Numbered from the stretch's first letter, positions 53,406 through 63,226 are shown. The stretch: DNA of 64,000 bases from Wickerhamiella versatilis (GCA_030867685.1 JAQOWU010000008.1:1798001-1862000); one strand, 5' to 3'. Program-made: numbers and translations. Notes: a model not told the origin generated them from the sequence alone.

Positions 53406-54200
53406 ATGGCCTCTGGAAATGGCCATCTTAATGCGAAAACTTTGGAGAAATGGTTGACAGATTTTTTCCGGATGAAGAGCCCTCATCCTTTGGTTGTGGC
53501 ACATACATTAAGGCTATGTAAAAGGTTGGTTAGAGAAGAGCCACATGCGATTCCCCGAACAATTGAAACCCTTGTAGAACCAGTGCAAGGTCATAAACTT
53601 TTAAAAAAGCTATATTTACATCGGCCTTTTATCCATACACTTCACAACCCTGAAGTTCTGCGGGAGCTTCTCAATTCTGACCCACTACCTCCTGCACCAC
53701 TTTTACGCGAGTTGGCTTGCGATCAAAAAGCTTTACCACTGATAATGCGTGCTTATATGCGTACTAAACAGCTGGAATCTGCTGCGCAGCTACTCTCTCA
53801 TATCTCACCACATTGGTCTAGCAATTCATTTCTTGTGGCTTTGAGGAGGGTGGCATGGAGACGAGGTACACCTCTTACTTACCGTTTGAAATATGGACAG
53901 AGGTTGTGGTGGGCAAACCATATCATTGAGTGGTATGAAGAAGTTATGGGTCTAGGCGTTGGTAACTTTCATATTCATCATGGAAGATCCCCGGCATATA
54001 CTGATACATACAGACGACTGCAATCAGCACTGAGCCAAGTTAAAATAAAGGTTCTGTCGGAACCTGAGGCAGAGCTCTATCGCCAATACTGGTCGGGCGA
54101 CGTGCATCAGTGGTCTCAATTGGAATGGGTAGAACCAGACCAAGATCCTGCTGATTTGAAGATATTTGCTGAACAGCAGCGCCGCAAAACAACAGAATGA
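53406..54200 (+). CDS. Hypothetical protein
   Basis: About 264-aa ATG ORF filling the gap divergent from FAB1; no family recognised. Confidence 0.55.
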   Translation: MASGNGHLNAKTLEKWLTDFFRMKSPHPLVVAHTLRLCKRLVREEPHAIPRTIETLVEPVQGHKLLKKLYLHRPFIHTLHNPEVLRELLNSDPLPPAPLLRELACDQKALPLIMRAYMRTKQLESAAQLLSHISPHWSSNSFLVALRRVAWRRGTPLTYRLKYGQRLWWANHIIEWYEEVMGLGVGNFHIHHGRSPAYTDTYRRLQSALSQVKIKVLSEPEAELYRQYWSGDVHQWSQLEWVEPDQDPADLKIFAEQQRRKTTE

Positions 54201-54981
54201 AAGATTCTAGTTATAGAGAATTGAAATCAAATGCTCACTACTAGCCTCACCAGTATGCAATGGGATAATGGACTGAAGAACCATTCTTGAGAACCATTAT
54301 TAGGAACTTATTATTTTTCATGACCTGCAATATTTCTCCTGGTAACATTTGCATATCAATATAACGTATTAAATAGAAATTCAAATTTAGTCTATACGCT
54401 GGATGAGGGCGAGACAGAATTCACGTGAAACAAGTTGTATACGGATCTAAGTACGTATCTAATTTTGATGCCACAATTATTTCTTATGTGACTGTAAAAT
54501 ATAAATTTTTTATACGCTTTACATCGTGTGTTCAACGTAAGAGCCGTGAAGATATTTTCAAAACAGTCACAGTCGCATTAAAAAGCTTTAGATGAAATCT
54601 CAGGCCTCCTCAACCTTGTTTAGTTAATAATGATCTATTTGATTCGGATAAATTACTGAATGCTGCTTGAGAGTACGCTCGAGGATTATCTGCCTCTAAA
54701 TTCTCTATGAAACTTTTCTTAAGCGACCTGGAAGTATGCAAGAATAGCTATTCGCGGTTCGTTCGCTAACAGGGTGTGTCAGACCGTGCGATTCAATGAA
54801 CCAATATAGGTCAACTCAAGTAACATAAAATAATAAGATATTTTCCTATAAATCTATTGATCGCTAAATCGCTTTCACATGATTGCACTACAAGCCGTAC
54901 GTCGTATTGCTCCCCACAGCCGCAACCCGATACCTAACCTCAGGAGCACATAAGTGGGAGACGTGCGTGGCCTTGTCTTAA

Positions 54982-55845
54982 ATGGTCGTTCATCCAATAA
55001 CGGAGCGTCGTGTACGCATAACACACCCCAATAATAACAATACATCCGTTGATATCGTGGATTATGGTGCGACAGTAGTAAGTTGGAAGGTGGATGGAAC
55101 CGAAACGCTTTGGTTCAGCGAAGCCAACAAATTCGACGGCAGTGCTGCTACCTGTGGTGGTATTCCCATGGTCTTTCCAAGATTTGGACCCCCAGGTTCT
55201 CATGCTGCTACTGATAAATTACCCCTGCATGGATTTGCACACAGTGTGCATTGGAAGTATCTCGGGGCAAAGGATGAAGTCTCAGTCCAATGGGAGTTGA
55301 CTCCTGAGCAAGTTCCAACTAAATGGAGAGAGGCTTGGCCATATGATTTCAAACTGATCTATACTTTGACACTTGGTGAAACCACCTTGACAAATGCACT
55401 AGAAGTCGAGAATGTCGGAGACAAGCCATTCGAGTTCAATTTCTTGTCCCACCACTATCTGTATGTTCCTGAGATTACGGAAACCGCAGTCACAGGACTT
55501 GGTGGGTTGACTTATGTCGACAAAGTTGACAATGGAAAGGTCAAGCAATTTGCTGATTCGGACTTGACTTTCACAGGTGAAACGGACAGGATTTACAAGA
55601 GTACACCATCGAAACTGATTGTTTCTGTGAGTGGAAAGCCTGTTTACTCGGTCACAGCTTCAGATAATCTTACGGACACTGTGATCTGGAACCCATGGGG
55701 AAATGTTGGTGGAATGCCTGAATACAAGCCTGTGGATGGCTTCCATCATATGTTGTGTGTTGAGCACGGATATGTTGGACAATTTAAGACGTTGCAGCCC
55801 GAAAGCAAGTGGAACGCTTCAGTCACTGCGGCCAAGCTTTCTTAA
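54982..55845 (+). CDS. Divergent hexose-6-phosphate mutarotase paralog (aldose 1-epimerase fold)
   Basis: GATVVSW, GGIP, HGFA, HHY, WNPW, CVE; both phosphate-binding Arg positions replaced. Confidence 0.9.
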   Translation: MVVHPITERRVRITHPNNNNTSVDIVDYGATVVSWKVDGTETLWFSEANKFDGSAATCGGIPMVFPRFGPPGSHAATDKLPLHGFAHSVHWKYLGAKDEVSVQWELTPEQVPTKWREAWPYDFKLIYTLTLGETTLTNALEVENVGDKPFEFNFLSHHYLYVPEITETAVTGLGGLTYVDKVDNGKVKQFADSDLTFTGETDRIYKSTPSKLIVSVSGKPVYSVTASDNLTDTVIWNPWGNVGGMPEYKPVDGFHHMLCVEHGYVGQFKTLQPESKWNASVTAAKLS

Positions 55846-56005
55846 AATGAATTTCATTAACTAAAGAGCGAGATCCTATGCAGAGTAAAAGAATACTTTA
55901 ACAACGAATTATTCTGAAGTTCATAGAATTCGAGTTTATTGCGACCTAACCCACAGTAGTAGTACTATATATATAAGCGATGGCAACGTTGAGGATTATC
56001 TATAC

Positions 56006-56863
56006 ATGCCGATTCAATCAAAAGAAGACCGAGTGATAATCACACACCCCAAAAACAAGGATACTTACGTAGAAATCCTCAATTCTGGTGCAACTGTCTT
56101 CAGTTGGAAGCTAGATGGCCAGGATGTGTTGTGGCTGAGTGACGCAGCAAAGCTTGACGGCAGTAAACCTGTGCGAGGGGGAATACCACTTGTATTTCCT
56201 CGCTTCGGCCCTCCCGGACACCATCCACCCACGGATAAGTTGCCTCAGCATGGCTTTGCTCGCAACGTTACCTGGGAATTCCTGGGATCTCAGGATGACG
56301 TGACAGCTCAGTGGGGCCTAGGACCCGAAAATCTCTCTGAGGAATTCAGAGCTGCTTGGAATTATGATTTTACCCTGATTTACACTGTAAAGCTGGGAGA
56401 CAAGGCGCTTATCACGTCATTGGAGGTCGAGAACACTGATACGAAGCCTTTTGAATTCAATGTGCTATTTCATCATTATCTCGCCATCCCAGAGATCGAA
56501 GATGTTGCAGTGAGCGGACTTCAAGGTTTGAGTTTTGTTGATAAAGTTGACGACGGTAAGATCAAAGCAGCCAGTAACTCAGAGATAACCTTCTCTGGAG
56601 AAGTCGATAGACAGTATGGAAATACACCAAGCGAGGCAACTGTTCTCTTCAAGGGCAAGCCACTGTACATTACAAAAAGCTCTAATCTGACCGATACCGT
56701 GGTATGGAATCCTTGGGATGAGAAGGCTTCGGGTATGTCAGACTTCTATCCAAAGTCAGGATATCACAAAATGGTATGTGTGGAGCATGGTTCAGTCTCC
56801 AAATTTCAGTCTCTAGAGCCAGGTGCTAAATGGTTAGGCTCTGTAACAGTCGAAAGGGCTTAG
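56006..56863 (+). CDS. Glucose-6-phosphate 1-epimerase (YMR099C-like, canonical copy)
   Basis: KPVRGGIPLVFP, LPQHGFARN, FHHY, WNPW, CVE. Confidence 0.93.
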   Translation: MPIQSKEDRVIITHPKNKDTYVEILNSGATVFSWKLDGQDVLWLSDAAKLDGSKPVRGGIPLVFPRFGPPGHHPPTDKLPQHGFARNVTWEFLGSQDDVTAQWGLGPENLSEEFRAAWNYDFTLIYTVKLGDKALITSLEVENTDTKPFEFNVLFHHYLAIPEIEDVAVSGLQGLSFVDKVDDGKIKAASNSEITFSGEVDRQYGNTPSEATVLFKGKPLYITKSSNLTDTVVWNPWDEKASGMSDFYPKSGYHKMVCVEHGSVSKFQSLEPGAKWLGSVTVERA

Positions 56864-56928
56864 ATTTAGCCTTTTATATAATCATCATGTTAACGTGATC
56901 CACGACAGTGACGGTATTAATTTCAGAT

Positions 56929-57936
56929 ATGCAGAGTCTTCCTGAGTTCATAAGAGATGCTCAGGAGGACATGAAGATATGCATAGAGGGGCCTTGGATG
57001 ATTCCAGAATATGTCCCCGAAGTTACTGGTGAAGAAACTGGTCAAATCACTGTCGTCGATGTGGGGGGTACGATGCTCCGTGTTTCAGAAATAAGCTTAC
57101 CCGATGCTGCTGTAAAAACGATACTTCAGCTTCAAATCCCTGAAGTAGCCAAGAAGGATGTAATTAGCTGGCTTGCAGGAATATTACGTCCTCTCCACCT
57201 CAAAGAAGTGGCTATTTGCTGGTCTTTTCCTCTGATAAATGGGTGCATTCAACCATTAGGAAAAGGATTCAGTGGCAAATACACCGGAAAAAATCTATTA
57301 GAAGTTTTGAAGGCTGCGGGAATCAATGCTGTGAGTGCGACCCATGATGGAACTGCTGCGCTGCTAGCGGAACATTACATGAATAAAAAATGTAAGGTAT
57401 CTCTTACACTTGGCACAGGAGTAAATATTTCGGTTTTCGAATCGAGTAAATGCATTGTAAATACGGAAATATCCATGCTCGGACGACCGGACCTGTGTCC
57501 GAATTTAACATTGCCATTCGATCCCCTGTTCGATCTCGATCCACACTTTCAGCCTCTGGAGGCAATGGTGGGCGGTCCTCAGCTAGGAGCAATGGTATCA
57601 AAGCTTTCTCGTAGTCGTGTAAGTACAGATGAGTTATGGTATCTCTCAAAATCTGATCCCAAATATAATATTGCACATTCGATACTCGATAGAGCAGCGT
57701 TTCTTGTTGCTGGGTCGTTGCATGCAGTGGTTGGAAAGTTTGGATATACTGGTGATTGTGACATCGCTTTTACGGGGGGTGTAATAGCTCAAACTATATT
57801 TCGAGAGCTGCTTGAATCGTACTTGAGATTAGGAAGCCATGCTACTGGTGTAAGCTTTCGCTTACGGCCACAGTTGAATGGGTCAGAAGTAGGCGCGGCC
57901 GTTGCAAGACTGGCTATGCTACGTCATAACTCATAA
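56929..57936 (+). CDS. Small hexokinase-family kinase (GlcNAc kinase Nag5/YLR446W-like)
   Basis: VDVGGTMLRV, WSFP, GKGF, LGTGVN, NTE, FQPLE, GSEVGAA. Confidence 0.75.
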   Translation: MQSLPEFIRDAQEDMKICIEGPWMIPEYVPEVTGEETGQITVVDVGGTMLRVSEISLPDAAVKTILQLQIPEVAKKDVISWLAGILRPLHLKEVAICWSFPLINGCIQPLGKGFSGKYTGKNLLEVLKAAGINAVSATHDGTAALLAEHYMNKKCKVSLTLGTGVNISVFESSKCIVNTEISMLGRPDLCPNLTLPFDPLFDLDPHFQPLEAMVGGPQLGAMVSKLSRSRVSTDELWYLSKSDPKYNIAHSILDRAAFLVAGSLHAVVGKFGYTGDCDIAFTGGVIAQTIFRELLESYLRLGSHATGVSFRLRPQLNGSEVGAAVARLAMLRHNS

Positions 57937-58195
57937 CGAACTTATCGAGCTGCGGGTCAGTGCTATTATACCGGCTGGAAAAAAGTCCTGGCTAACTCAT
58001 AATAATGGAAAATATATTGTTATGGAGTTTGGCTAATAAAAGCAACAAAGAATGTATGGCAATTGTCTATCTTCAAAAGTTAATGATGACAAGGGCCTTA
58101 ATTTCTACAGTTGAATACATAAATCCTAATTAATACAGCAGTTAAACCTAATTTTTTGGATATTATTGGCAAATAAATATTTTTCTACAAGGAAT

Positions 58196-58849
58196 TCAAA
58201 TTCTGTCACCACATTTGGGACAAATACCCTGCTCACCGTTTCTCAGTTCGAAATAAGCATCATAGCAATGGTCATGAAGCCTTGCATTGCACTCACTATT
58301 CATGCAACAACGCCCTTTCATTAGCCATTGCCCACAGCCAATGCACTTGAACAAGGTCTGACCTTCGAAATTTTCTTGAATCCATGGCTCAAGCTCTAGC
58401 ATGCTGCGTGGAGACACAAAAATTCGATCATCTTTGCTTACGAGCCATCCTTGAACGCACAGCATTCTGATGTATTCCTGGTTGTTCACTTTGTCGTAGA
58501 GATTTCGGGGAGCTGCGTCCAATGGTAGTCCCTCACCACGTCCTGTAGCGAAAATGGTTCTGATCACGTCCTTGAGATATAGAGCTGCTTGATTAGAGAG
58601 AGATGAGCCGCCTTCCCTATTAACTAGGAAGTACCACCACTCCCCGTTTTCCAGTTCATTGCGCAGCTTACGGAAATTAAATCCAATTTGGTCCAAAATT
58701 ACGTTGATGTGCACAATTTCCTCCTCGAAATCTGGTGGAGATGCTATGTTATATTTTGAACAGAGTTTTCTATAACGCTCAGACAATTTACTTTCTGCTA
58801 TTTGGCCCTCGCTCATAATAGTCTGAAGTATAACTTGATCAACAGTCAT
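58196..58849 (-). CDS. NSE1: Smc5/6 subunit Nse1 (winged helix + RING-like)
   Basis: GWL...SPRSMLELEPWI; CIGC..C....C..RLH..C..CPKC. Confidence 0.8.
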   Translation of the reverse strand: MTVDQVILQTIMSEGQIAESKLSERYRKLCSKYNIASPPDFEEEIVHINVILDQIGFNFRKLRNELENGEWWYFLVNREGGSSLSNQAALYLKDVIRTIFATGRGEGLPLDAAPRNLYDKVNNQEYIRMLCVQGWLVSKDDRIFVSPRSMLELEPWIQENFEGQTLFKCIGCGQWLMKGRCCMNSECNARLHDHCYDAYFELRNGEQGICPKCGDRI

Positions 58850-58921
58850 TCGCGTCTCGGATGAGTGATTTCTGATTAAGTGGTACGCTTAATTACATCT
58901 AAACTTTCGATAGATCCGCTA

Positions 58922-60355
58922 TCATACACTAATAGTTTTCCACATAGAGAAGCCATCCGAGCCAGTTGAGACAATTGTACCCGGAATTTGGCGATGCCAA
59001 TGAAGTTCCTTCACATTTGGTTGCCAGTGAACAAATAAGAGCTGGGAGGGTATGTCCGCCAATTCGGCTGCTGCTGCCTTTTGGGCCATAATTTCTTCAT
59101 CATCTGCCTCCACAGACAAATCCCATAGAGTCACCGTGGAATCCTCAGAGCCTACAGAAACCACAGATTCTTCACTAGGATTAAACTCCAGTGATGTAAT
59201 GGGCGACTTGTGGAAATCAAACGAAGCAACGGGTTCACCAGAAGTGAAAGTTCGCAGGTCCCATACCCCCCAAGAGCCATCATCATGACCAGATGCAAGA
59301 AGGTGTGACGCTTTTTTGTTCCACGACATGACATTAACATCAGAATTCGATGCGCGAACACTGAGTGCGGCCTTCTTCGGCGCTTGGCGAGTATCCCAAA
59401 TCCTAATGTGACCATCAGATCCTGCACTTGAGAAAACCGTGCGTTCCACTGGCGACCATTGAATTTCCTCCACGCTACCTGGGCACTTCCAAGGCGTATT
59501 ATCTGTGGTCCAACCAGAGCTCACGCGGCTCGATAAATATATATTTCCATCAACATCACCGGTAAGCAATTGACCGGTCTGACTTAGTGGACTCCAGTCG
59601 ACTGCGTAACCCTCTGATTTATGTGCCTTCACAACATGTTGTGGCTTGGACTGCTGTGGCTGGATAGTCATACCTGGCTTGTCAAACGATTGAACGTGTG
59701 GTGAGACGTCCCATATATTGACGTCAGAATTCTCTGCCATTTGTGCTACCAAGAATTCGCCAGTTCTACCCGCAAAAGGTGAAACACGAATTCGGTTCGT
59801 TGTAGAGTTACAAGGAAGAGACTTGGACTCTAAAATGGGATCAACATCGAGGTCACCATCGTCATCATCATCGTCATCGTCATCCTGCGCCAATGTCTTT
59901 GCGAGGGAGGACATCTTCAAGACCAGCAACTCGTTATCTTTAGGCCGCTTAGCTTGGGTACCTGTGACAAGATACATAGATTGTGGGAATATTCTACGGT
60001 CCCGGCCAAGAGAATCAGGGAGAATGTCAAAACTAAGGCAAGGCCATTTAACGTTCATACTGTGCAGCATCACATATGTCGAATAATCCGGCTCGAGAAC
60101 CTCACCCTCTGCAAGAGGTCGGGACAAGTGAGGAATATAAGCCCTCTGTGTTTTTCCAACAGTCACATCTTCCTCTTTTTCGGGCTCACCATCCTCCCCT
60201 GCCTCAAATATTTCCTCCTCAGACTCAAAGTCATCTCCATATGGGTCTTCAAAATCACCCATCACATTCTCAGTGGGATCAGGTTTTGTTGGTGCATCTT
60301 GAGCATCGTGCTTTGACGCCTTCGATTCTCTACTAGCAGCACCAGAACGTTTCAT
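58922..60355 (-). CDS. RRB1: Ribosome assembly WD40 protein Rrb1/GRWD1
   Basis: WPCLSFD, EGYAVDWS, SVEEIQWSP, QLLFVH; first ATG at 60355. Confidence 0.95.
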   Translation of the reverse strand: MKRSGAASRESKASKHDAQDAPTKPDPTENVMGDFEDPYGDDFESEEEIFEAGEDGEPEKEEDVTVGKTQRAYIPHLSRPLAEGEVLEPDYSTYVMLHSMNVKWPCLSFDILPDSLGRDRRIFPQSMYLVTGTQAKRPKDNELLVLKMSSLAKTLAQDDDDDDDDDGDLDVDPILESKSLPCNSTTNRIRVSPFAGRTGEFLVAQMAENSDVNIWDVSPHVQSFDKPGMTIQPQQSKPQHVVKAHKSEGYAVDWSPLSQTGQLLTGDVDGNIYLSSRVSSGWTTDNTPWKCPGSVEEIQWSPVERTVFSSAGSDGHIRIWDTRQAPKKAALSVRASNSDVNVMSWNKKASHLLASGHDDGSWGVWDLRTFTSGEPVASFDFHKSPITSLEFNPSEESVVSVGSEDSTVTLWDLSVEADDEEIMAQKAAAAELADIPSQLLFVHWQPNVKELHWHRQIPGTIVSTGSDGFSMWKTISV

Positions 60356-60469
60356 AGATTTTGAAAAGATGACGTAAGATAAATTTATTTTCACACATCT
60401 GCTTACTTTGTCGGACACACCACGTTCCTGTTTAAGTCTTCTAATCAATTACTCATTGCTACTTCATGG

Positions 60470-61102
60470 TTAAATACATCTGATAACCACATCTGCAATT
60501 CCCTTCAATTCATCAATCGCTGGAAGCCCGAACTTTTCTCGTAAAATATTGTACAGATTTGATTGACCCCCAATCATCATGCTAGTCACTGGCCATATTA
60601 CTTTTCGTTCCAGCAGTTTTCTGCGGACCTCTAGTGCCTCATACTGGTATGCAAGTTCAACGTTGATTCGATTTCGTCGATAGGAAGCTATTCTATCAGG
60701 AATGATCTGCCGTCCGTACAAATTATGGTCCTTTACTTGACCTTCGATAACGACGAAACTATCTTCCTGGATATAGTCTGAATCATGCAACTGTGCAACT
60801 GCACAAGGGCTAGTTAAGTTTCGCGAGGATGAGCCATCATCGAGATGAAGAACCACAATCGCATTCTTAGGATCTTTCTTAGCCACCCGTGCTGCAACAG
60901 AAACTCGAAATATAGGATGCGGGCCAAAAAATAGTGGTTTGGCCTCTGAAATATGCATTGAACATCTATATTCTTTGAACACTTGCTCAAAAGACTGGAG
61001 CAAGAAAATATCTTGACAACTCATTGGAACCAGGTAATGAGCTGTCAGTGACTGAAACCACATCTTGGGATCACTACTGATCTCGATTTCATCATGGAGC
61101 AT
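60470..61102 (-). CDS. STN1: OB-fold protein, Stn1-like (CST complex)
   Basis: F..HPI.RV.V..RV, LDDGS, NVEL pattern of the Stn1 N-terminal OB fold. Confidence 0.55.
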   Translation of the reverse strand: MLHDEIEISSDPKMWFQSLTAHYLVPMSCQDIFLLQSFEQVFKEYRCSMHISEAKPLFFGPHPIFRVSVAARVAKKDPKNAIVVLHLDDGSSSRNLTSPCAVAQLHDSDYIQEDSFVVIEGQVKDHNLYGRQIIPDRIASYRRNRINVELAYQYEALEVRRKLLERKVIWPVTSMMIGGQSNLYNILREKFGLPAIDELKGIADVVIRCI

Positions 61103-61489
61103 AAGCACACTATTATTATCTAATCAAACATTTCATTGTCGAAGTAGGATCAGCAAGGCATTCATACCCTGCTCATATATATTTATATATTATTTGCCGT
61201 CCACTTTAGCTCCCGGTAGCCCTTTCATGATGAACACATATATATTGAAAATAAATATGTGGCTCTGCGAATAGTAGGGTTCAATTGTGCTTTCACTAGA
61301 GCAAGCCTGCATATGGCGATATATGTGGATAGCATAGCCCACTGTATCTAATATATTCGGGAATAGCCTACACTGCATTATATCTTTCAAGAAAATTAGG
61401 GTTACCCAGAAACTAATAGGCTTTTTTGTAATGATAATTATAGTGGAGTATGCATCTTTGTTCTTAGTCACACTAAGCGATATACGACG

Positions 61490-61990
61490 ATGGCGTTCGC
61501 CTATGTGTTGAAGTCACTTGCCCCGTATCATTTCTTAGCTTATTCCGCTTTGTTTGGTACAACATGCTACCAATCATTCTATGCAGGAATCACGTCTTAT
61601 CGCGCGCTACCACTTGAAATGTTCAGTCGCCTGCAATCGAAGATGTTCCCGGGCTACTTTCTTATACAGTCAGTGCTATCTGGAGTACTTTTAGCCACTC
61701 CTCCATTTGAGCAGACTAAAGCTGGGTGGATTTCTCTGGTTATTATTGCGGTGACTTCCCTTATCAATAGGTTCTATATCTATCCGCACTCTGCTGTCAT
61801 TACAGACAAACGCCATGAGCAATGCCGCATTGAGAACAAGGGATGGAAGGATCCTGATGTTAGTGAAACTATGAAATCACTAAACAAAGCCTTCGGTAAG
61901 TTGCATGGACAATCCATGCTTCTCAACTTTTCTGGGCTAATTGCACTTATTGTATATGGTGTTTATCTGACTGCCCGTCTTCAGGAATAA
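61490..61990 (+). CDS. TMEM205/DUF4149 membrane protein (YPR098C-like)
   Basis: YQSFYAG, FSRLQSKMFPGYF, FGKLHGQSMLLN. Confidence 0.85.
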   Translation: MAFAYVLKSLAPYHFLAYSALFGTTCYQSFYAGITSYRALPLEMFSRLQSKMFPGYFLIQSVLSGVLLATPPFEQTKAGWISLVIIAVTSLINRFYIYPHSAVITDKRHEQCRIENKGWKDPDVSETMKSLNKAFGKLHGQSMLLNFSGLIALIVYGVYLTARLQE

Positions 61991-61991
61991 G

Positions 61992-62795
61992 CTAGACATA
62001 TTCTATAGGGTCGTAGTCGTCCTTAGCAATGTGTATCTCAACCTCATCGTTTCCACCTAATTCTTGGAGCAATTGCTCTCTAAGTTCAGGAAGAAATCCT
62101 CGTTCAGTATTTGAATGTCCGCATACTATAGCTGCTACACCAGTCTCTCGAAGATAAAGCATTTCATGGTGCCCAAGTTCGCCCGTGAACCATAGGTCGG
62201 CATTGCAACCACGTAGAACTGAACTGCCAGAGCCCGCACATATACCCACAGTTTGTATCTTCTTTTCTTTAATGGGTCGAACTAATTGTACCGTTGAGAG
62301 TCCGAGGTGCTTCTTAACCCGGGAGACACACTCTTCAAGCGGCATTTCTTCCTTCAGATAAACCTTCCTACCCATTCCTGAATTTTGATCTAGCACTGAA
62401 ACCTTTGAATCTGTGCCAAATGTGCGTGCCAGCCAATCTGTCACACCATGACTTGCCGCATCGACAGCAGTATGTGGTGAGTACACACTAATGCCTTGTG
62501 TGATAAGCCTAATTATAGACCTCTGCTGAGGATCTTGTGGTGTTATACTTTTAAGACCTTTGAATATGATTGGGTGATAGGCCAGAATCATATCGACATC
62601 TCGCTCTATCGCTTCATCACACACCTTTGTTGAAAGGTCTATGCTTAGAAGTAACCGCAACTTCCGATGCACCTTTTCGGGGCATAAAGAGGCATCAACC
62701 AGTAGTCCTGTATTATCCCACGATGAATCTGCAAGTTCTTTTGGGTAAAGAGCCTGTATGGCCCGAGTAAGTCGCTGCACTCGTAGTGTGTTCAT
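61992..62795 (-). CDS. NIF3: Nif3/DUF34 protein
   Basis: SWDNTGLL, YHPIIF, YSPHTAVDA, TGELGHH, HSNTERGFL. Confidence 0.95.
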   Translation of the reverse strand: MNTLRVQRLTRAIQALYPKELADSSWDNTGLLVDASLCPEKVHRKLRLLLSIDLSTKVCDEAIERDVDMILAYHPIIFKGLKSITPQDPQQRSIIRLITQGISVYSPHTAVDAASHGVTDWLARTFGTDSKVSVLDQNSGMGRKVYLKEEMPLEECVSRVKKHLGLSTVQLVRPIKEKKIQTVGICAGSGSSVLRGCNADLWFTGELGHHEMLYLRETGVAAIVCGHSNTERGFLPELREQLLQELGGNDEVEIHIAKDDYDPIEYV

Positions 62796-62965
62796 GACTC
62801 AGTCAGAAGCTAAGATTAGGATTTAGTTTAGCCTGATTCAATTAGATTATCAGCGTAAGGATCAGATATGTTTCAAAACACTAGGTTCTAAGGCCTGGTT
62901 TAGAGGGTACCTGATATACTTATGAATTCGTTAAGTGAGACGTACTCAATAAAACAATCTTTGTC

Positions 62966-63226
62966 ATGGTCACTAAGGAGCAGTTTGAGTCGGCGCTAGA
63001 GTCGCGGCTAGACGCATCCATGGTCGATGTAGTAGATACCAGCGGCGGTTGTGGCCAGGCATTTGAAATAACGGTTGTATCCGACCAGTTTTCGGGAAAA
63101 AATCGTCTTGCACGAGCTCGTGCAGTGAATGCAGCCCTACATGACGAGATCGCTGAGGTACACGCATTCTCGCAGAAAACTTATACCAACGACGAATGGA
63201 ATGCTCTTAAAAATCGTAAGGCTTGA
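62966..63226 (+). CDS. BOL2: BolA-like protein Bol2/Fra2
   Basis: DTSGGCGQAF, VVSDQF, EVHAFS. Confidence 0.9.
   Translation: MVTKEQFESALESRLDASMVDVVDTSGGCGQAFEITVVSDQFSGKNRLARARAVNAALHDEIAEVHAFSQKTYTNDEWNALKNRKA

Noticed and set aside
58083-58160. ATGATGA box C and AATTTTTTGG Sm-like site in the kinase-NSE1 gap
   Set aside because: No box D or guide and no snRNA features; AT-rich convergent terminator region.
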